A DNA stretch of 64,000 bases, from positions 49,707,743 to 49,771,742 of the forward strand of contig NC_068983.1 in the NCBI RefSeq assembly GCF_001194135.2. The letters are read 5' to 3'. The stretch comes from Octopus bimaculoides. Its lineage: Eukaryota. Below, piece after piece: positions 11,988-26,520 of the stretch; position 1 is the first letter of the stretch, and each line of letters opens with the position of its first letter. Under the pieces are notes generated by a model. The model worked only from the letters and a program-made list of their open reading frames with translations, did not search any database and was not told the origin of the DNA. The position numbers and the translations under genes were made by a program.

Positions 11988-12335
11988 AATAAAAATGTAG
12001 CAACAGGCTGACAACAAAGGAATTTAAAGAAAAGCTAGATAAGCAAAGTAAAAAAAGGTTAAAGGAGCCCATACAATGGACGCATAGATGCTCAAGCCCT
12101 CATCAATTATCAATCATGCATCACAATTTCTACAACAATGAAGTTCAGTTTAGAGATGTTAGCAACAATAGCTCTTGGGGTGTATATGAGCAGAGATGGT
12201 GGATGAACACAGACAAAAGCAAAGGGCAATAACAAGAAAAGAGGAGCTCTCTAGTTACAACAGTAGAGAAAAGTTTTCAGGAAAACAGAAATGTTTGTAT
12301 GTGTGTACATGTATATACACACATGCACACACATA

Positions 12336-12712
12336 TACAATATTATCAAAATGTTTAAAATCACCTAAACTTATTTTGTAAAAACATCTACAAAATGGAA
12401 ATTACTAAGAGATTCTGGTGAAATATTTTATTAATGTATAGATACATTCACTGGAAGATAAAATCAGCTCAGCATCTAATCAAAACTGTGAAAAATCAGA
12501 GAAAAACTCTAAATTTTAGAATCATCAAAATATCCACTCTTGGCCTTGATCACTGCGGAGCATACTCTGGGCACTCTTTTGACCAATGGAAGCAAATATT
12601 CGCTGGTAATATATTGCCACTACTCTTGTATGAGTGTCCAGAGGTTTTCTGCACAAGATGGTTAAATACAACTTTTCATTTTATCCAATGCTCTAATGAA
12701 TGGCTCTGCTAA
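12336..12712 (-). mobile_element. Tc1-family transposase C-terminal fossil and decayed 3' end
   Basis: Minus frame LDKMKSCI*PSCAENLWTLIQE*WQYITSEYLLPLVKRVPRVCSAVIKAKSGYFDDSKI* resembles the Tc1 C-terminus (…MPRVCSAVISAKGGYFDESKV*); in-frame stops; stop codon at 12509-12511. Confidence 0.8.
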
Positions 12713-13828
12713 TACATATACATGTGTAAGTGTGTGTATGTGTGTGTGTATGCATGCATATGTACATTCATATGCAGATATGTATGCATGGAGGAAGAAG
12801 TAAACAAGTATTTGATTTCAGTAAGCACGTATTTGTAGCCTTGCTGATACAAGGAGATATTGTCATTAAACCATGTTTTCCTCTGTCTGTAACCAGTCAA
12901 ACATTGACCAGATGAGATTCAGAATTTCTTATTGCTTCATTAGTGGTTTGGTGATATAATTGCACGAAGAGGATCAATTAATCAAATTTGTAAATGACTT
13001 GTTGATTTCAAATAACGAAAAATAAGAGTTGTTATGACTAGCCTGGGTGATTTCACTTTCTAACCTCAGAAAGAAAAATCCATTCTTTAATCTCAACATT
13101 TACTTTACACAACAGTTGTTTACAAAAGACACATGCTCATACGCTTATCTATTTGCCTCAATGCCATATAGTGCCCTTTCTCTCTCTCACTCTGAGTGTG
13201 TCTGTGTCCGTGTATGCATGTGTGCATGTGTGTGTCTTTCTGTGTATATATTTCTATATCTTGGCATAAATTAGTATAAATCAGTTCTCAGAAAGAGAAA
13301 GTTGTAATTTTGATGCAAAACTTCCCTGGTTAGAAAAGGCTGGTTGATTATCCATTCCTAGTTCAAGACCAGTCAGGAATTGTAAATATATATCAAGAAA
13401 TAAGAAACCTGATCATGAAATGTAGACTAAGCATAGATACTAAGAAATTCTATTTTCCTATACTTGTTGGGTCTAGAAAAAATGGCAGTACCAACAGCCT
13501 TTCTAGGGTCTTTGTAGCTAATGAAGTGATGCCTTTATTGTTCTACTTAAATTGTTACAGGATGACACTTACAGGAAAGTCATGAGTAGTAGGGATATTT
13601 CAGAGGGTCAACCATCTGGAAAGGGAGGATTGAGTGAAGAGGTTAGTGCAGGGCTGAAAGGGTTTTGCACAACATAGGTGATGAGTGGAGGAAGAGAAGA
13701 AAAGACAAGAGAATTGAAAGTAATTGATTGGAGATGCCTTGATGCCAGTCAGTTCTGAAGAACAGAGGCCATGGTATTAGAGGCCATTTTTCATTCTCAG
13801 TTAAAATTTGGCACCAAAAGTAGGCACC

Positions 13829-14252
13829 TCAAGGATCTCCCAGCAGTTGTTTGCAAATGTTCCTATCTAACTGAACCTGGTCATTGATCAGTTCATGTGG
13901 AGTTCCTTGACAATCTGTGTTCACAAAGCTGAGTTTATGGAAGTGTCGATTAATGATGGTTCGTGAAGGACCAAGTCTTGCTGACAATTTGTGAGCGCAT
14001 GTGCTTGGCTGTTGTTCAGATACCTGAAGCAAGACCTCATCTTACTTGGCAGAAGGTCTTCCTGACCTAGATTTTGTCTTCAAGGCTAGTGTCACCTTTC
14101 TTGAAATTGCTGAACTAGTTTTGTGCAAGATATTGGTTGACAGTTCCTGGGCATTCCACATCATTAATTTCTTTTGATGCTACCTTTGCACCTGGTCCTC
14201 TTATGCACACGTCACATAAAATGCCTCTAATTGCAATTTCTTCTCACTTCAT
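13829..14252 (-). mobile_element. mariner transposase N-terminal (HTH) fossil
   Basis: Minus translation MK*EEIAIRGIL...FKKGDTSLEDK-RSGRPS...LLQVSEQQPST...INRHFHKL...PHELINDQ matches the mariner SLED-RSGRP and VPHEL motifs; has stops and a frameshift. Confidence 0.8.
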
Positions 14253-14332
14253 TTTCAAAGCTGTAAAATAAAAAATAAACAGTTAATGTTTATATCTTAC
14301 ATATAAAAAAAAATAAAAAATAAACAATTAGT

Positions 14333-14506
14333 GCAGGAGTGGCTGTGTGGTAAGTAGCTTGCTTACCAACCACATGATTCTGGGTTCAGTCCCACTGCAT
14401 AGCACCTTGGGCAAGTGTTATCTACTTTAGCCTCGGGCCAACCAAAGCCTTGTGAGTGGATTTGGTAGACGGAAACTGAAAGAAGTCCGTTGTATATATG
14501 TATATG

Positions 14507-14566
<60 letters not shown>

Positions 14567-14767
14567 TGTGTCGTGTTTGTTCCCCCAACATTGCTTGACA
14601 ACTGATGCTGGTGTGTTTACGTCTTGCATAACTTAGCGGTTGGGCAAAAAGAGACCGATAGAATGAGTACTAGGCTTACAAAGAATAAGTCCTGGGGTCG
14701 ATCTGCTTGACTAAAGATGGTGGTCTAGTATGGCCGCAGTCAAATGACGGAAACAAGTAAAAGAGTA
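14333..14767 (+). mobile_element. SINE S1 full length
   Basis: Colinear with 4353-4745; long internal (TG)n. Confidence 0.85.
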
Positions 14768-15511
14768 ATTCAGCAACAATTAGACAACAATTCACATCAA
14801 ATTAATGATATAACATGGAGATAAAAATTGCCCCCTAAAACCATCAATGAAAATACAAAAAAATCTTTTGACCATCCTGGTAGAAGAAGACATATCCATG
14901 AGGTGCCATGCAGTCGGAATGAACCTGAAGCCATTTGGTTGCAAATTGAGTTTCTTAACCACACAGCCATGCCTGCAATTATTGCAACCCTTGCTTAAAC
15001 TTTGCAGAATCTCGGTAATTGTTTTGGTTAACCTATAACGACCTTCTCATATCAGACATGTAGACGTGTAATAATGATATGATTTAAAAAAAAAATTTTG
15101 CTTTCTCTTTGTGATGGTGAGTAGAGAAACCTCATGCAACACATAATGTTCCGTTTTCTTTTTTTTATATGAAGATCAATGAAGGGAGGGTTTTGACCAT
15201 TGAGAAATATCTTTTTGTATTCAGTGTAGTATAGTGCTGTATTTAAATATATATTTCATAAAACAGAGTTCTTTTGAAATAAAAATCGATTAAGTACATA
15301 TTCTCATCACTGTTTCTATCTTATTGAGTATCTAGTTTAACTGCAGAAGTTCAAAAGGCAACGATAACTACAGCAGCTACCCAAAAAAATATTAACTAAC
15401 AGAATATATATTTAATGTGTGTGTGTGTGTGTGTGTGTGTGTGTTGATATATAAATATGCATATAGATATGTATGTATGTATATATACACATATATATGT
15501 GTGTGTGTGTA

Positions 15512-15570
<59 letters not shown>

Positions 15571-15983
15571 GTAAAGACATTTATACATACACACACATAT
15601 AAATGTATACACATATATGTATATATATGAGCATATATTTTTATATATATACCTGCATGTATATATATACACCTCTTGCTAACAATAAGGTAAATCAACA
15701 TTGCATTATGCAGTCAACATTAGAATGACATTAGATGTAATATATTACATTGTAACTACTGTCCCAGAACAATACAAACCGTTGTATACGTTAGTATTGT
15801 TAGTATTACGATATATAGCATCAATATAAAGGCAAACAGCTACTACTGTGTTGCAGTTAGCTAGATTGGTTTAGATTAAACCTAAACAACACTCATAATA
15901 ACAACATTATTTGGCTTCAACACAATTATAAACAACTACCTCATTTTAAGCATAAAATAACAATAAAATGTTATCTCTTTCAG

Positions 15984-16027
15984 ATACAATATAAGCAACA
16001 CTATTATAAAACTATCTCTACTCCAAG
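15984..16027 (+). CDS. Candidate 44-nt exon
   Basis: ttatctctttcag|ATACAAT...CTCCAAG|gtaagag has consensus acceptor and donor; two frames open; no homology recognised. Confidence 0.25.
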
Positions 16028-16405
16028 GTAAGAGTATCGATATCAAAGTAAAATGATATCCACATCACAGATATGCTGGCTTTGAATCTAACATCTGATT
16101 AATTTTGTAATAGTAGTATCTCTATCAACTTCAACTTGCATAATTCCAATAGTTTCTATTTTGGGTTGCTTTCTCGAATTCTTCAATAGTTTCTTTTGAA
16201 AAGCGAGCAGTCAATTTCACAGCTAATCTGATTAAAGGACATTCTTCTCCCTTCCCCCAGGGCACATTTACTGTTGTAATAGTCATATGTTATACACTAG
16301 ACCTGATTCTAGGCACAGGAGATAACAAATACAGATATTGTTGATTTCCCTTCTGCCAGCAGCTTCTTAACAATAATTATTGCCATCATTTCCTCTGTAA
16401 TATAG

Positions 16406-16445
<40 letters not shown>

Positions 16446-17799
16446 TCTCTCTCTCTCGCACTCACACACTGTCTCTCTCTCTCGCACACACACACATGCA
16501 TACACATGCTCTTTTATATAATTTTCATTCTTGAGCCAGATCTAATTTGTCTCAGAGAATTCTTTAGTGGTCTTTCCAGCTAATTTTATATCCCACTCAT
16601 CAAAACTAATTTCCTTTTATGATATCTAGATACTCCTTTGCCTTTCTTTGCACCAACCCTTCCTTCCAACTTATCTATCTACCGACCTTCCTACCAGCCT
16701 ACTTTCTTACCTACCTACATACCTATCACTTTCACAAAGTTTTCAAATGATATTTGCAATAACCAGATACTTTCTTCTGATAAAACTTTTAAACACTTCT
16801 ATATAATTTCCTACATCATACACATATATCTGAGTGCATCTGTGTGCTTCTATACACAAACACATCTGTCCATATCTTCAAAACTCTCAATTGCTATCCA
16901 TTTATTTTATTTACCAATTACTTCCTTATTGCATTTTATGCAAACCTCAACTCTAAACTTGATGCATGCTGCATTTGAGACAAAACAGTGCATTTCCCAT
17001 TTTCTTTTTACTTCAAGTTATCATTTCATCTTTGATGCAAAGACAATGATTAATGTTGACATGGAAGCTGGAGGGAAAGTCTTAATAATATTTACATTAC
17101 TTTTTAGTTTTTGTTTCCTCTTGATTTTGGTCAATGCATTTTTTTTTTGTCTTTCTTTATTTCTTATTATCTCATCTAAACAGAAAGAAAGAAATAAGAT
17201 TAAAGCTGTGGTACACTTTCTATTGATACAATGACTTGGTTTCGGTCAAAATGATATGACTTTCCAAATTACATTAACCTTAATGTTTTGTGGATATAAA
17301 ACAGGAATAAGATGATGTATATCCTTTTATCACACATACACTTGTAAGATAAGAAAGCTGTATGTTTTGCATCCATCCAGTACTGAACTACGAGCAAAAG
17401 GGTTAGTGGTTCACATACAAGCCACAGCATTGTGTAATGTGCATGACAAAAACACTCCAACATCTCCTGCTCCAGTTAACTTTGCTGTGTTAGCAACCGG
17501 GATTGAGTTATCTGTCAGTATCATCAATATTTTAAATTCCACTTTTCTGTGATTTTGTGGGTCTGATAGGATTCCTTGAAGAGGATTTTCTGTGGCTAGA
17601 TGCCCCTACTATCACCTAATGTCACTTCTTTCCAAGCAAAGTAATATTTCCTCAAGGCTGGATGTGTTTTCATAGAAGATCGAAAAATGAATGACACTGC
17701 TTGTGTGAGAGTGAAGCTCATTTACAACCATTGCCTCATGTCAAAATCAAAAGGAGCAAACTCACACAAGCAATACTCTCCCCACCTCTCTCTCATACA

Positions 17800-18236
17800 C
17801 ACACAAACACACACATATACACTAACGCACACACGCACACACACACACACACACACTAACACACAGACACACACACACACACACACATACATATATACGA
17901 CAGGCTTCTTTCAGTTTCCATCTACCAGATCCACTCATAAGGCTTTGGTCGGCCTGAGGCTATAGTAGAAGACACTTGCCCAAGGTGCCACGCAGTGGGA
18001 CTGAACCTGGAACCATGTAGTTGGTAAGCAAGCTACTAACCACACAGCCACTACTACACCTATATGTATAAAAACAATGGGCTTCTTTCAGTTTCTCTCT
18101 AGCAAAGCCACTAACAAGGCTTTAGTCCACTCAAGGTTATACCAGACATTTGTGCAAAGGGCCACAAAGTGGAACTGAACTTGAAACGATGTGGTCAGGT
18201 TACAAACTTCTTAACTATTACAGCCATACCTACTCC
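17800..18236 (-). mobile_element. Two adjacent S1 5' halves (17893-18057 and degenerate 18078-18236) with (CA)n
   Basis: Reverse complement of S1 head and CORE-like segments. Confidence 0.7.
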
Positions 18237-18286
18237 ATAGAGATATAAACAGAAAAAAAAAACATCTATAAAATTGAATCAGCATT

Positions 18287-18730
18287 TTAACCATTTGTTA
18301 TCATATTTCTGTTGAGATGCTCTGTGATTCTTTCAATTAATTTTAAATGTAACAAAGAATTTGGTAAAATAACTTAGTTATCATTAAGCTAGTGTGAGGA
18401 ACATAAATTGTGACTAAGGTTTGGTGGAAGATTTGAATTCAAAACTTATGAAAACAAGACATTTGTATTATACAGAGCCAGAGGCGGTTTCAGCCAGGTT
18501 GGTATCAAAAGAGTTAAGAATTGTTTCACTATTATATATTTTAATCCATTTGTCACCATATTTCTGTTGAGATGCTCTGTGATTCTTTCAATTAATTTTA
18601 AATGAAACAAAGAATTTGGTAAAATAACTTAGTTATCATTAAGTTAGTGTTAGGAACATAAATTGTGACTAATTTTAGTGGAAGAATTTAATTCAAAACT
18701 TATGAAAGCAAGACATTTGTACTACAGAGC
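18287..18730. mobile_element. Tandem pair of piggyBac-type MITEs (TTAA ends); second copy truncated
   Basis: TTAA-CCATTTGTTATC...GGTATCAAAAGAG-TTAA (18287-18517), 23-bp spacer, second copy from TTAA at 18541; same arrangement at 44030-44505. Confidence 0.75.
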
Positions 18731-20391
18731 AAAATTAGTAAGTGTAGCATTTGACAATATTCAAGAAAAAGGAATTGAAATAAATATCACCAAAAATTTA
18801 AGCAAAAATTTTGAAGCCAATTAGAGGGAAGAAATATATGCTTAGAAGACCAGAATGTAGTAAGTGGAGCATGAACACACATGAAAATAAAAAGTGTCTC
18901 TGAAGAGGTCACAGATGTGTGACGAAAGATTTCCGGGCAATGGACATGAGTTAAAATAATAAAATAAGAACAGTAATAAATGAGTGATGAAGAAATATAT
19001 AGTATGTGTGTTTATTTGGCAAAAAAAAAAAAATGATCATCCTGAAATACAACAATACAAGCTTTCATTTTAAAAGTCTCTGGGAAGACAGCAAGTGGGC
19101 AGAATTGTTATCTCAGGAAACAAAATGATTAGTGCCATTTCTCCCATTTTTACATTCTGAATTCAAATTCCACCAAGGTTGACTTTGCCTTTCATCCTTT
19201 TGGGGGTTGGTAAAATAAGTACTAGTTTATACTTATTTGATATTGATATAATTAACCATGCCCCTCCCCTCAGATTTCAAGCCTTGTGCCTATAGTAGAA
19301 GTATCAGATGAAATAACTAGTATTTATGTCAGTCCTGTCCATTGTAATTTCAAATCTTGCTGAGGTCAATTCCATCTTTCTTTACATGCCAAATATTGAA
19401 GATGGTTCTTCTTCATTTTCCCTCATTCTTCATTTGCTCTTTCCTTCTCTCTCTTATCACAGGCTTCTGCCATCAAAAAGGAGCCTTTTAAAACAAATAC
19501 CAGAAGGAAGTCAACAAAAAACTATACACTATTTGATATTCACAAGGAAAATTCTAATCTCTTGGGGGAAAAAGACAAGCAAATAGTTTTTGTTGCTAAT
19601 GTCGCTAGGATTCATTTGGCAATGTGATAGCAAATATTTCTTATAGCACAGACAATAATCAATACATGAACGATAAAAAACAAAAATAAAGCCTCTAATT
19701 TTCCAACCTAGAGAAACATCAACCTAGCAACATTAGTCATTTCAGTGGAGAAGGTTATATTTTGAAAATCTGTTTGAGTTGGTGAATAGAAGATTGAGAG
19801 ATGATAGAGTAAGAACCAGGGCAAGAGAATGAAGTGGGAGAGAGAGAGAGAGAGAGAGTATGATTATGAGTATGACAGAAGAAATAAAATGGCAAGAACA
19901 AGATGGAGTAAAGGAGAGAATAATGGAAAAGAGGTTGTGGGAGATAGCTACATGCTGGTTGTTAGTAAGGAGGTTGAATACAAAACACAGCATGGGAAGC
20001 ATAATGTGGAAAAAAAGGGTGAAACGGTAGAGTCAAGGTAATGGAAGAAGGAGTAATAGGAGAGGGTGAGTAAAGCATGTTTGCATGCAAAGAGTGATTG
20101 GGGAGGAAGCAATGTTAAAGAATATAAGATTGAAAGTAAGCAATAATGATGGGAAACGGATGTTAATAAAGTGTGACTTGGAGAAGAGGAAGTGCAAGCT
20201 AGCATTGAAGAAATGTCAAGGTAGGGACTATTGAATACAGACAGAAGCATTACCATTTTTCATTCCACAGACATTGAGATGAAAAGAGGTCTATGTGGCA
20301 GTGAAATTCATAGCAATCTAGTAGCATGTTTTATTACAAACATGGGAGATACATTGAACAGGAAAGTCCTCAGAATATGGTGACTTGTGAT

Positions 20392-21110
20392 TCATCATCA
20401 TCATCTAGTGTTTTAAATCCAGGTTTTGTCCCCATTAATGGGGGTGGCCAGATTTACTTCAGTGCCATAGCAACCGCCTTCACACCATCTCATCATCTTG
20501 CGTAGTTTTGGGCGTCCTCCTTTTTCAAACCAACCCTCCCAATCTCCTCCTCTGCCTGTCCCTTCTACCTTTTCCTCAGTCTGCCTCGCTTTCACACTAC
20601 ATTTACCTCAAATGCAATCACCCTCCTCAGAACATGCACTTCAGTCCTCCTCAACACATGCCCATACCACTTCACTCCATTCGCCCTTGCTAACCATTCC
20701 ACCAATTCCTCTAACCCCAGCATTCCCATCAAATCCTCAGTCCCCTTATCAAACAGCTTCACCCCCACACATTTCTCTCACCATTGCTCTCTCAGTCCTC
20801 CTCAAAATTGCCATTTCTCTCTCCCTCAGACACCATGTCTCCCTCCCAAACATCATTGCAGCTCTCACACAACTCTTACAGACCCTTCCTTTCATCTTTA
20901 ATGAGAACCTTTTCCCATATAACAACGTTCCACATTCTCTGAACTTCACCCAGCCAAGTCTCACTCTTGCTGTCACAGCTACTTCACAACCACTCTATCT
21001 CCCAAATGACAAAACCCTCTCACCATTTCCACCTTGTCACATAGCATTTATACTGGTTCTGCCAGGCCTCCAGTTCCTTTCTCACATCTTCCACAAACAA
21101 ACTCTCTTGC
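20392..21110 (-). mobile_element. RTE LINE reverse-transcriptase C-terminal region, decayed, with (GAT)n tail
   Basis: ORF 20749-20976: ARVRLGWVKFRECGTLLYGKRFSLKMKGRVCKSCVRAAMMFGRETWCL..LRRTERAMVREMCG, the RTE pattern (W.K.R, Y..CVR..MLYG.ETW). Confidence 0.85.
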
Positions 21111-21329
21111 TTTAATCTATTACTCAATCTCCATCACCACCATTATTTTAATGTATGTTTTGCCATACTTACACAAGTCAGAGCGATTTCTCCAGCAACA
21201 ATTCTTACCACTCATTATAGTACTTTATCATTTCCTTCATGACACAGATATGGTCAAGTAATCTTTGATTAGAGTACTTAGAGGATTAAACATAAAATGC
21301 TACAGAAAATATAGAACATAGATAAATCC

Positions 21330-22011
<682 letters not shown>

Positions 22012-22050
22012 ATAGATAAATCCTTCAAGAATATAAGACGTGTGTGTAGA

Positions 22051-22385
22051 GGCATGGCTATGTGGTTAAGTAACTTGCTTTGAAGATGCCTGGTTCTGGG
22101 TTCAGTTCCAACATGCAATATCTTGACAACTGTCTTTTATTATTATTCCAGGTCAATCAATGCCTTGTGAGTAAATTTGCTAGATGGAAACTGTGTGGAA
22201 GCTGATCATGTGTGTGTGTGCATGTAAATGTATATATATTTGTGACAGCCAGTGTTGGTTTGTTTACAAACCATGTGACTTTGCATAAAAGTAAGTGCTG
22301 CATTGGTTTGTTCAACCAAACTCTTCAAGATGGTGCCCCAGTATGACCAAAGTCAAATAGCTGAAACAAGTAACAGATAAAATAC
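22051..22385 (+). mobile_element. SINE S1, degenerate
   Basis: Colinear but diverged S1 sequence. Confidence 0.65.
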
Positions 22386-22454
22386 AAACATACATTATCT
22401 GTCTATCTTCTGTATATGTATATAATGTATATGAGTATGTTTGTGTGTGTATGC

Positions 22455-22526
<72 letters not shown>

Positions 22527-22632
22527 GTATGTATGTATATATAAATACATATATATACATATACGTATGTATACATATACATACATATGCATATGTATAC
22601 ATATACATATATATTTCTTTTTTTATTTATGC

Positions 22633-22932
22633 GCCCTTTTAAAGCCTAGCCAGGCACACAGGCCCGGTTTCCCAGTTTCTATGGCATATGTGTTCCCCCC
22701 CAGCTGGATGGGAGGCCAGTCCACCACAGCTTTACTCAAGAAACAGGAAGAAAGAGTGAGAGAAAGTTGAAGTGAAAGAGTACAACAGGGGTCACCACCA
22801 CCTCCTGCTGGAGCCTCATGGAGCTTTAGGTGTCTTCGCTCAATAAACACACACAACGCCTGGACTGGAAATCGAAACCACAATCCTCCGACTGCAAGTT
22901 CGCTGCCCTAACCACTGGGCCATTGTGCCTCC
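22633..22932 (-). mobile_element. SINE family S2, tail variant b
   Basis: Head GGAGGCACAATGGCCCAGTGGTTAGGGCAGCG...GGTTTCGATT; tail GTGGACTGGCCTCCCATCCAGCTGGGGGGAACAC...; second copy at 26233-26520. Confidence 0.8.
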
Positions 22933-22959
22933 TCACATACACACACACACACACATATA

Positions 22960-22997
<38 letters not shown>

Positions 22998-23071
22998 CCG
23001 GAGTAAGCACATGAAATGTGCAACAAGGTGGAAAAAAGAGTACTCAAATACCAGAGGTAGAGTAATATGCT

Positions 23072-23350
23072 NNNNNNNNNNNNNNNNNNNNNNNNNNNNN
23101 NNNNNNNNNNNNNNNNNNNNNNNNNNNNNNNNNNNNNNNNNNNNNNNNNNNNNNNNNNNNNNNNNNNNNNNNNNNNNNNNNNNNNNNNNNNNNNNNNNNN
23201 NNNNNNNNNNNNNNNNNNNNNNNNNNNNNNNNNNNNNNNNNNNNNNNNNNNNNNNNNNNNNNNNNNNNNNNNNNNNNNNNNNNNNNNNNNNNNNNNNNNN
23301 NNNNNNNNNNNNNNNNNNNNNNNNNNNNNNNNNNNNNNNNNNNNNNNNNN
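23072..23350. other. Assembly gap (N run); other gaps at 28299-28317, 37406-37716, 58691-59236, 61284-61383
   Basis: Runs of n. Confidence 1.
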
Positions 23351-23472
23351 CCTACCCACGGATTACACTGGACCCATCTTCTGATTGGAAATCGCTTCAA
23401 TATACCACGACGTCTAAAAAACTTTTGAACTTTTCCACTTTTGTAAACCTCCTTTTCTCCTTGTCTCCGTAT

Positions 23473-23509
23473 TCTTTCTGTTGAAGAGCGTAGCTCGAAA
23501 CGTCAAAGA
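23473..23509 (+). ncRNA. Minimal type I hammerhead motif (family B) in a Penelope-like tail (23351-23600)
   Basis: TCTTT-CTGTTGA-A-GAGC(GTA)GCTC-GAAA-C-GT-C-AAAGA. Stem I TCTTT/AAAGA, triplet GUC; core A6 is substituted by T. Confidence 0.6.
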
Positions 23510-25384
23510 CTTTCCGTATTCCCGAGCGTCATACTAATATATACTTTTGTTATTTACACCACCTGTCCTCGTCTGTTGTTATTATTTGTATATTCTCCCA
23601 TATATATATATATATATATATACACCACACACATACACACATATGTACTGTCTATGTAAGATGATCAGGAAATTTAACCATAGCCAAACAGACTAATTAA
23701 ATTGAAAAAGCAACTCATACTTTGAGTTAATAGAAGATGGAATTGTGAATTGTAAAGCAAATAAAACATGAAATTGTATTACCAGTTTTGCTATTGTCTA
23801 GCAAATGTTTTAAGTGAAAGTATTGAAAATTTTGCTGCTGCATTTTCTGTTTACGTTTAACAAATAAAGATTGTAGTGTCTCTTCTGTTTTGCCGTAGTA
23901 GTCCTGCAAGTCAAATTTCACTAAGTAAATATTATTCACAAAATAACAGACATGCTCCAAGATAAATTCTATTTTTAACTGAGAGTAATTTATTCATTTT
24001 CTTTTTCTTTTTAATTATAAATTTGTTTTATTGCTGGGTTTGCACACAATGTTTGCAGCCAAACATGGATTTAATGGTCTTGAAAAATCTAGATATATTC
24101 ATCCATTAATAGAAGACATATTTCACAGGTGGATAAATTTTAATAAGGCTAAGTAATGAAGTATGAAGTGGAGGTAGTATTTATCTTTATCTTCTATAAC
24201 TGAGTATTGGAATAGATAATAGCATGGAGCCAGGGCAGTCTTTGAGATTGTATATTCTATGGAGTAGTAGAACAGCTCTAAGTCTTCTATGTAAAGTATA
24301 ATTTTTATTTCTGTACTAAAAGGAACAATTTAAATAATTTAGATATCTTTTTAGAATATAAGGGTTTGGTTATATTGGTTAAATAGTTTGGCTCAAGGCC
24401 AGTGATTCTGTGGAAGGAATAAGTCAATTACACTAGCTCCAGTGCTCAACTGGTACTTATTTTATTGACTCCAAGAGGACGAAAAGCAAAGCTGACACTA
24501 GTAGCATTTGAACTCAGAACATAAAGTCAGAAGAAATGTTGCCAAGCAATTCTTCCTGCACAGTAATAATTCTGCCAGTTTGTCACATTAACCCGTTAAC
24601 TGTCAAATGGTTTTATTCATATTTTTTGTTTTGCTAGGTGTCTTAGGAGTTAAAATAATATATAGTATTTAAATTTTCTTCATATGTGAATTATTTTGGA
24701 AATTATGATAAATTTTTTTGACAAGTCCCAAATGAGGATCGTTGGAAAAAAGCATATTTATCCTTTTCTATTCAATTGCATTAATAAACATTTTAGTTTT
24801 TTTTTAAACTATAGTATCAAATGTGAATGTGTATGAAATATTAATGAATGATATGGATGGGAAATGCACAAAAAGAAAAGAAAACGTTTTGAAAACAGGC
24901 AATATTTTTGTAGTTCAAAAATTGTGATTTATGACATAAAATGTCCTCTAGAATTAGCCAGAGCTAATAATGACAAACTTTAACTACTAAACATTGTTAA
25001 TCACACCTCTACAAATGCAATGTCCATAAGCAATTCACTTTAAATGCAACAAACATCCGGCAGTGAGACTGTTTTCAGCAGATCCCCAAATGGGGGCTCA
25101 TGGGAGGCAATGGGTTAAGGGCATAGGATATTGATTTCAAATTTTGGCACAAGGTCAGCAATTTCAGAGGAGAGATAAGATGATTACACCAACCTCAGTA
25201 TATATGCCATCATCATCATTTAACGTCCTCTTTCCTTACTGGCATGGGTCAGATGGTTTGAGTGAAAACTGGTATGAAGAATGGGTTGTGAGTGGCATGA
25301 TGATGGGGATCTTGACATATTTCAATGAAATGTTCTTTCTGCTCAGTAATCAGGAGGCAGAATGGGGGGGTAAACTTGGCAGAG

Positions 25385-25896
<512 letters not shown>

Positions 25897-26232
25897 AACA
25901 AGCATTAGGACAGCATTTCAAGACCTTGTCCATTAAATGGCCACATGATTGACTTACATGAAGTTGCTCACGAACACACTCTAACCCTGGCCAGTAGATG
26001 TGTCATCTCTTCACCCCATGGACATGTTATATCCAAACTCTAACCTCTGTACTATAAATGTACTATCTCCTCACTCTATGGTTTCTATCACTATTATAAT
26101 TGTCTTTCCTTCTAGGAGCTGACTAATTTCATCTTGTGCCACCTCAACTTAAGACCTTTCTACTCAGCCATCTTTCTTCCTTTTGTTGTCGTTGTTGTAA
26201 CCACTTCCCAAAACATTCTTCTTCTATCTTTA

Positions 26233-26520
26233 AGCCGTTTTCAAGCCTAGCCAGGCTCATGGGCCCGGTTTCCTGGTTTCTATGGCATATGTGTTCCCCC
26301 CAGCTGGACGGGACACCAGTCCATCGCAGCATTACTCAAGAAACAGAATGAAAGAGTGAGAGAAAGTTGGGGGCGAAAGAGTACAACAGGGGTCGCCAGA
26401 GCCTCATGGAGCTTTAGGTATTTTTGCTCAATAAACATGCACAACGCCCGGTCTGGGAATCGAAACCACAATCCTCCGACCACGAGTCTGGTGCCCTAAC
26501 CACTGGGCCATTGCACCTCC
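26233..26520 (-). mobile_element. SINE S2, tail variant b
   Basis: Homologous to 22633-22932. Confidence 0.8.

Noticed and set aside
16638-17234. 198-aa plus ORF
   Set aside because: Non-ATG start, low-complexity (CCTA/T-rich) composition, no motif.
17330-17560. TGAGD (PfkB-like) or LTD (vWA-like) motifs on the minus strand
   Set aside because: Short matches only, in-frame stop, acceptor lacks a pyrimidine tract, and the upstream part is repeat-derived.
20498-21115. 205-aa plus-strand ORF
   Set aside because: Antisense to the RTE reverse-transcriptase fragment.
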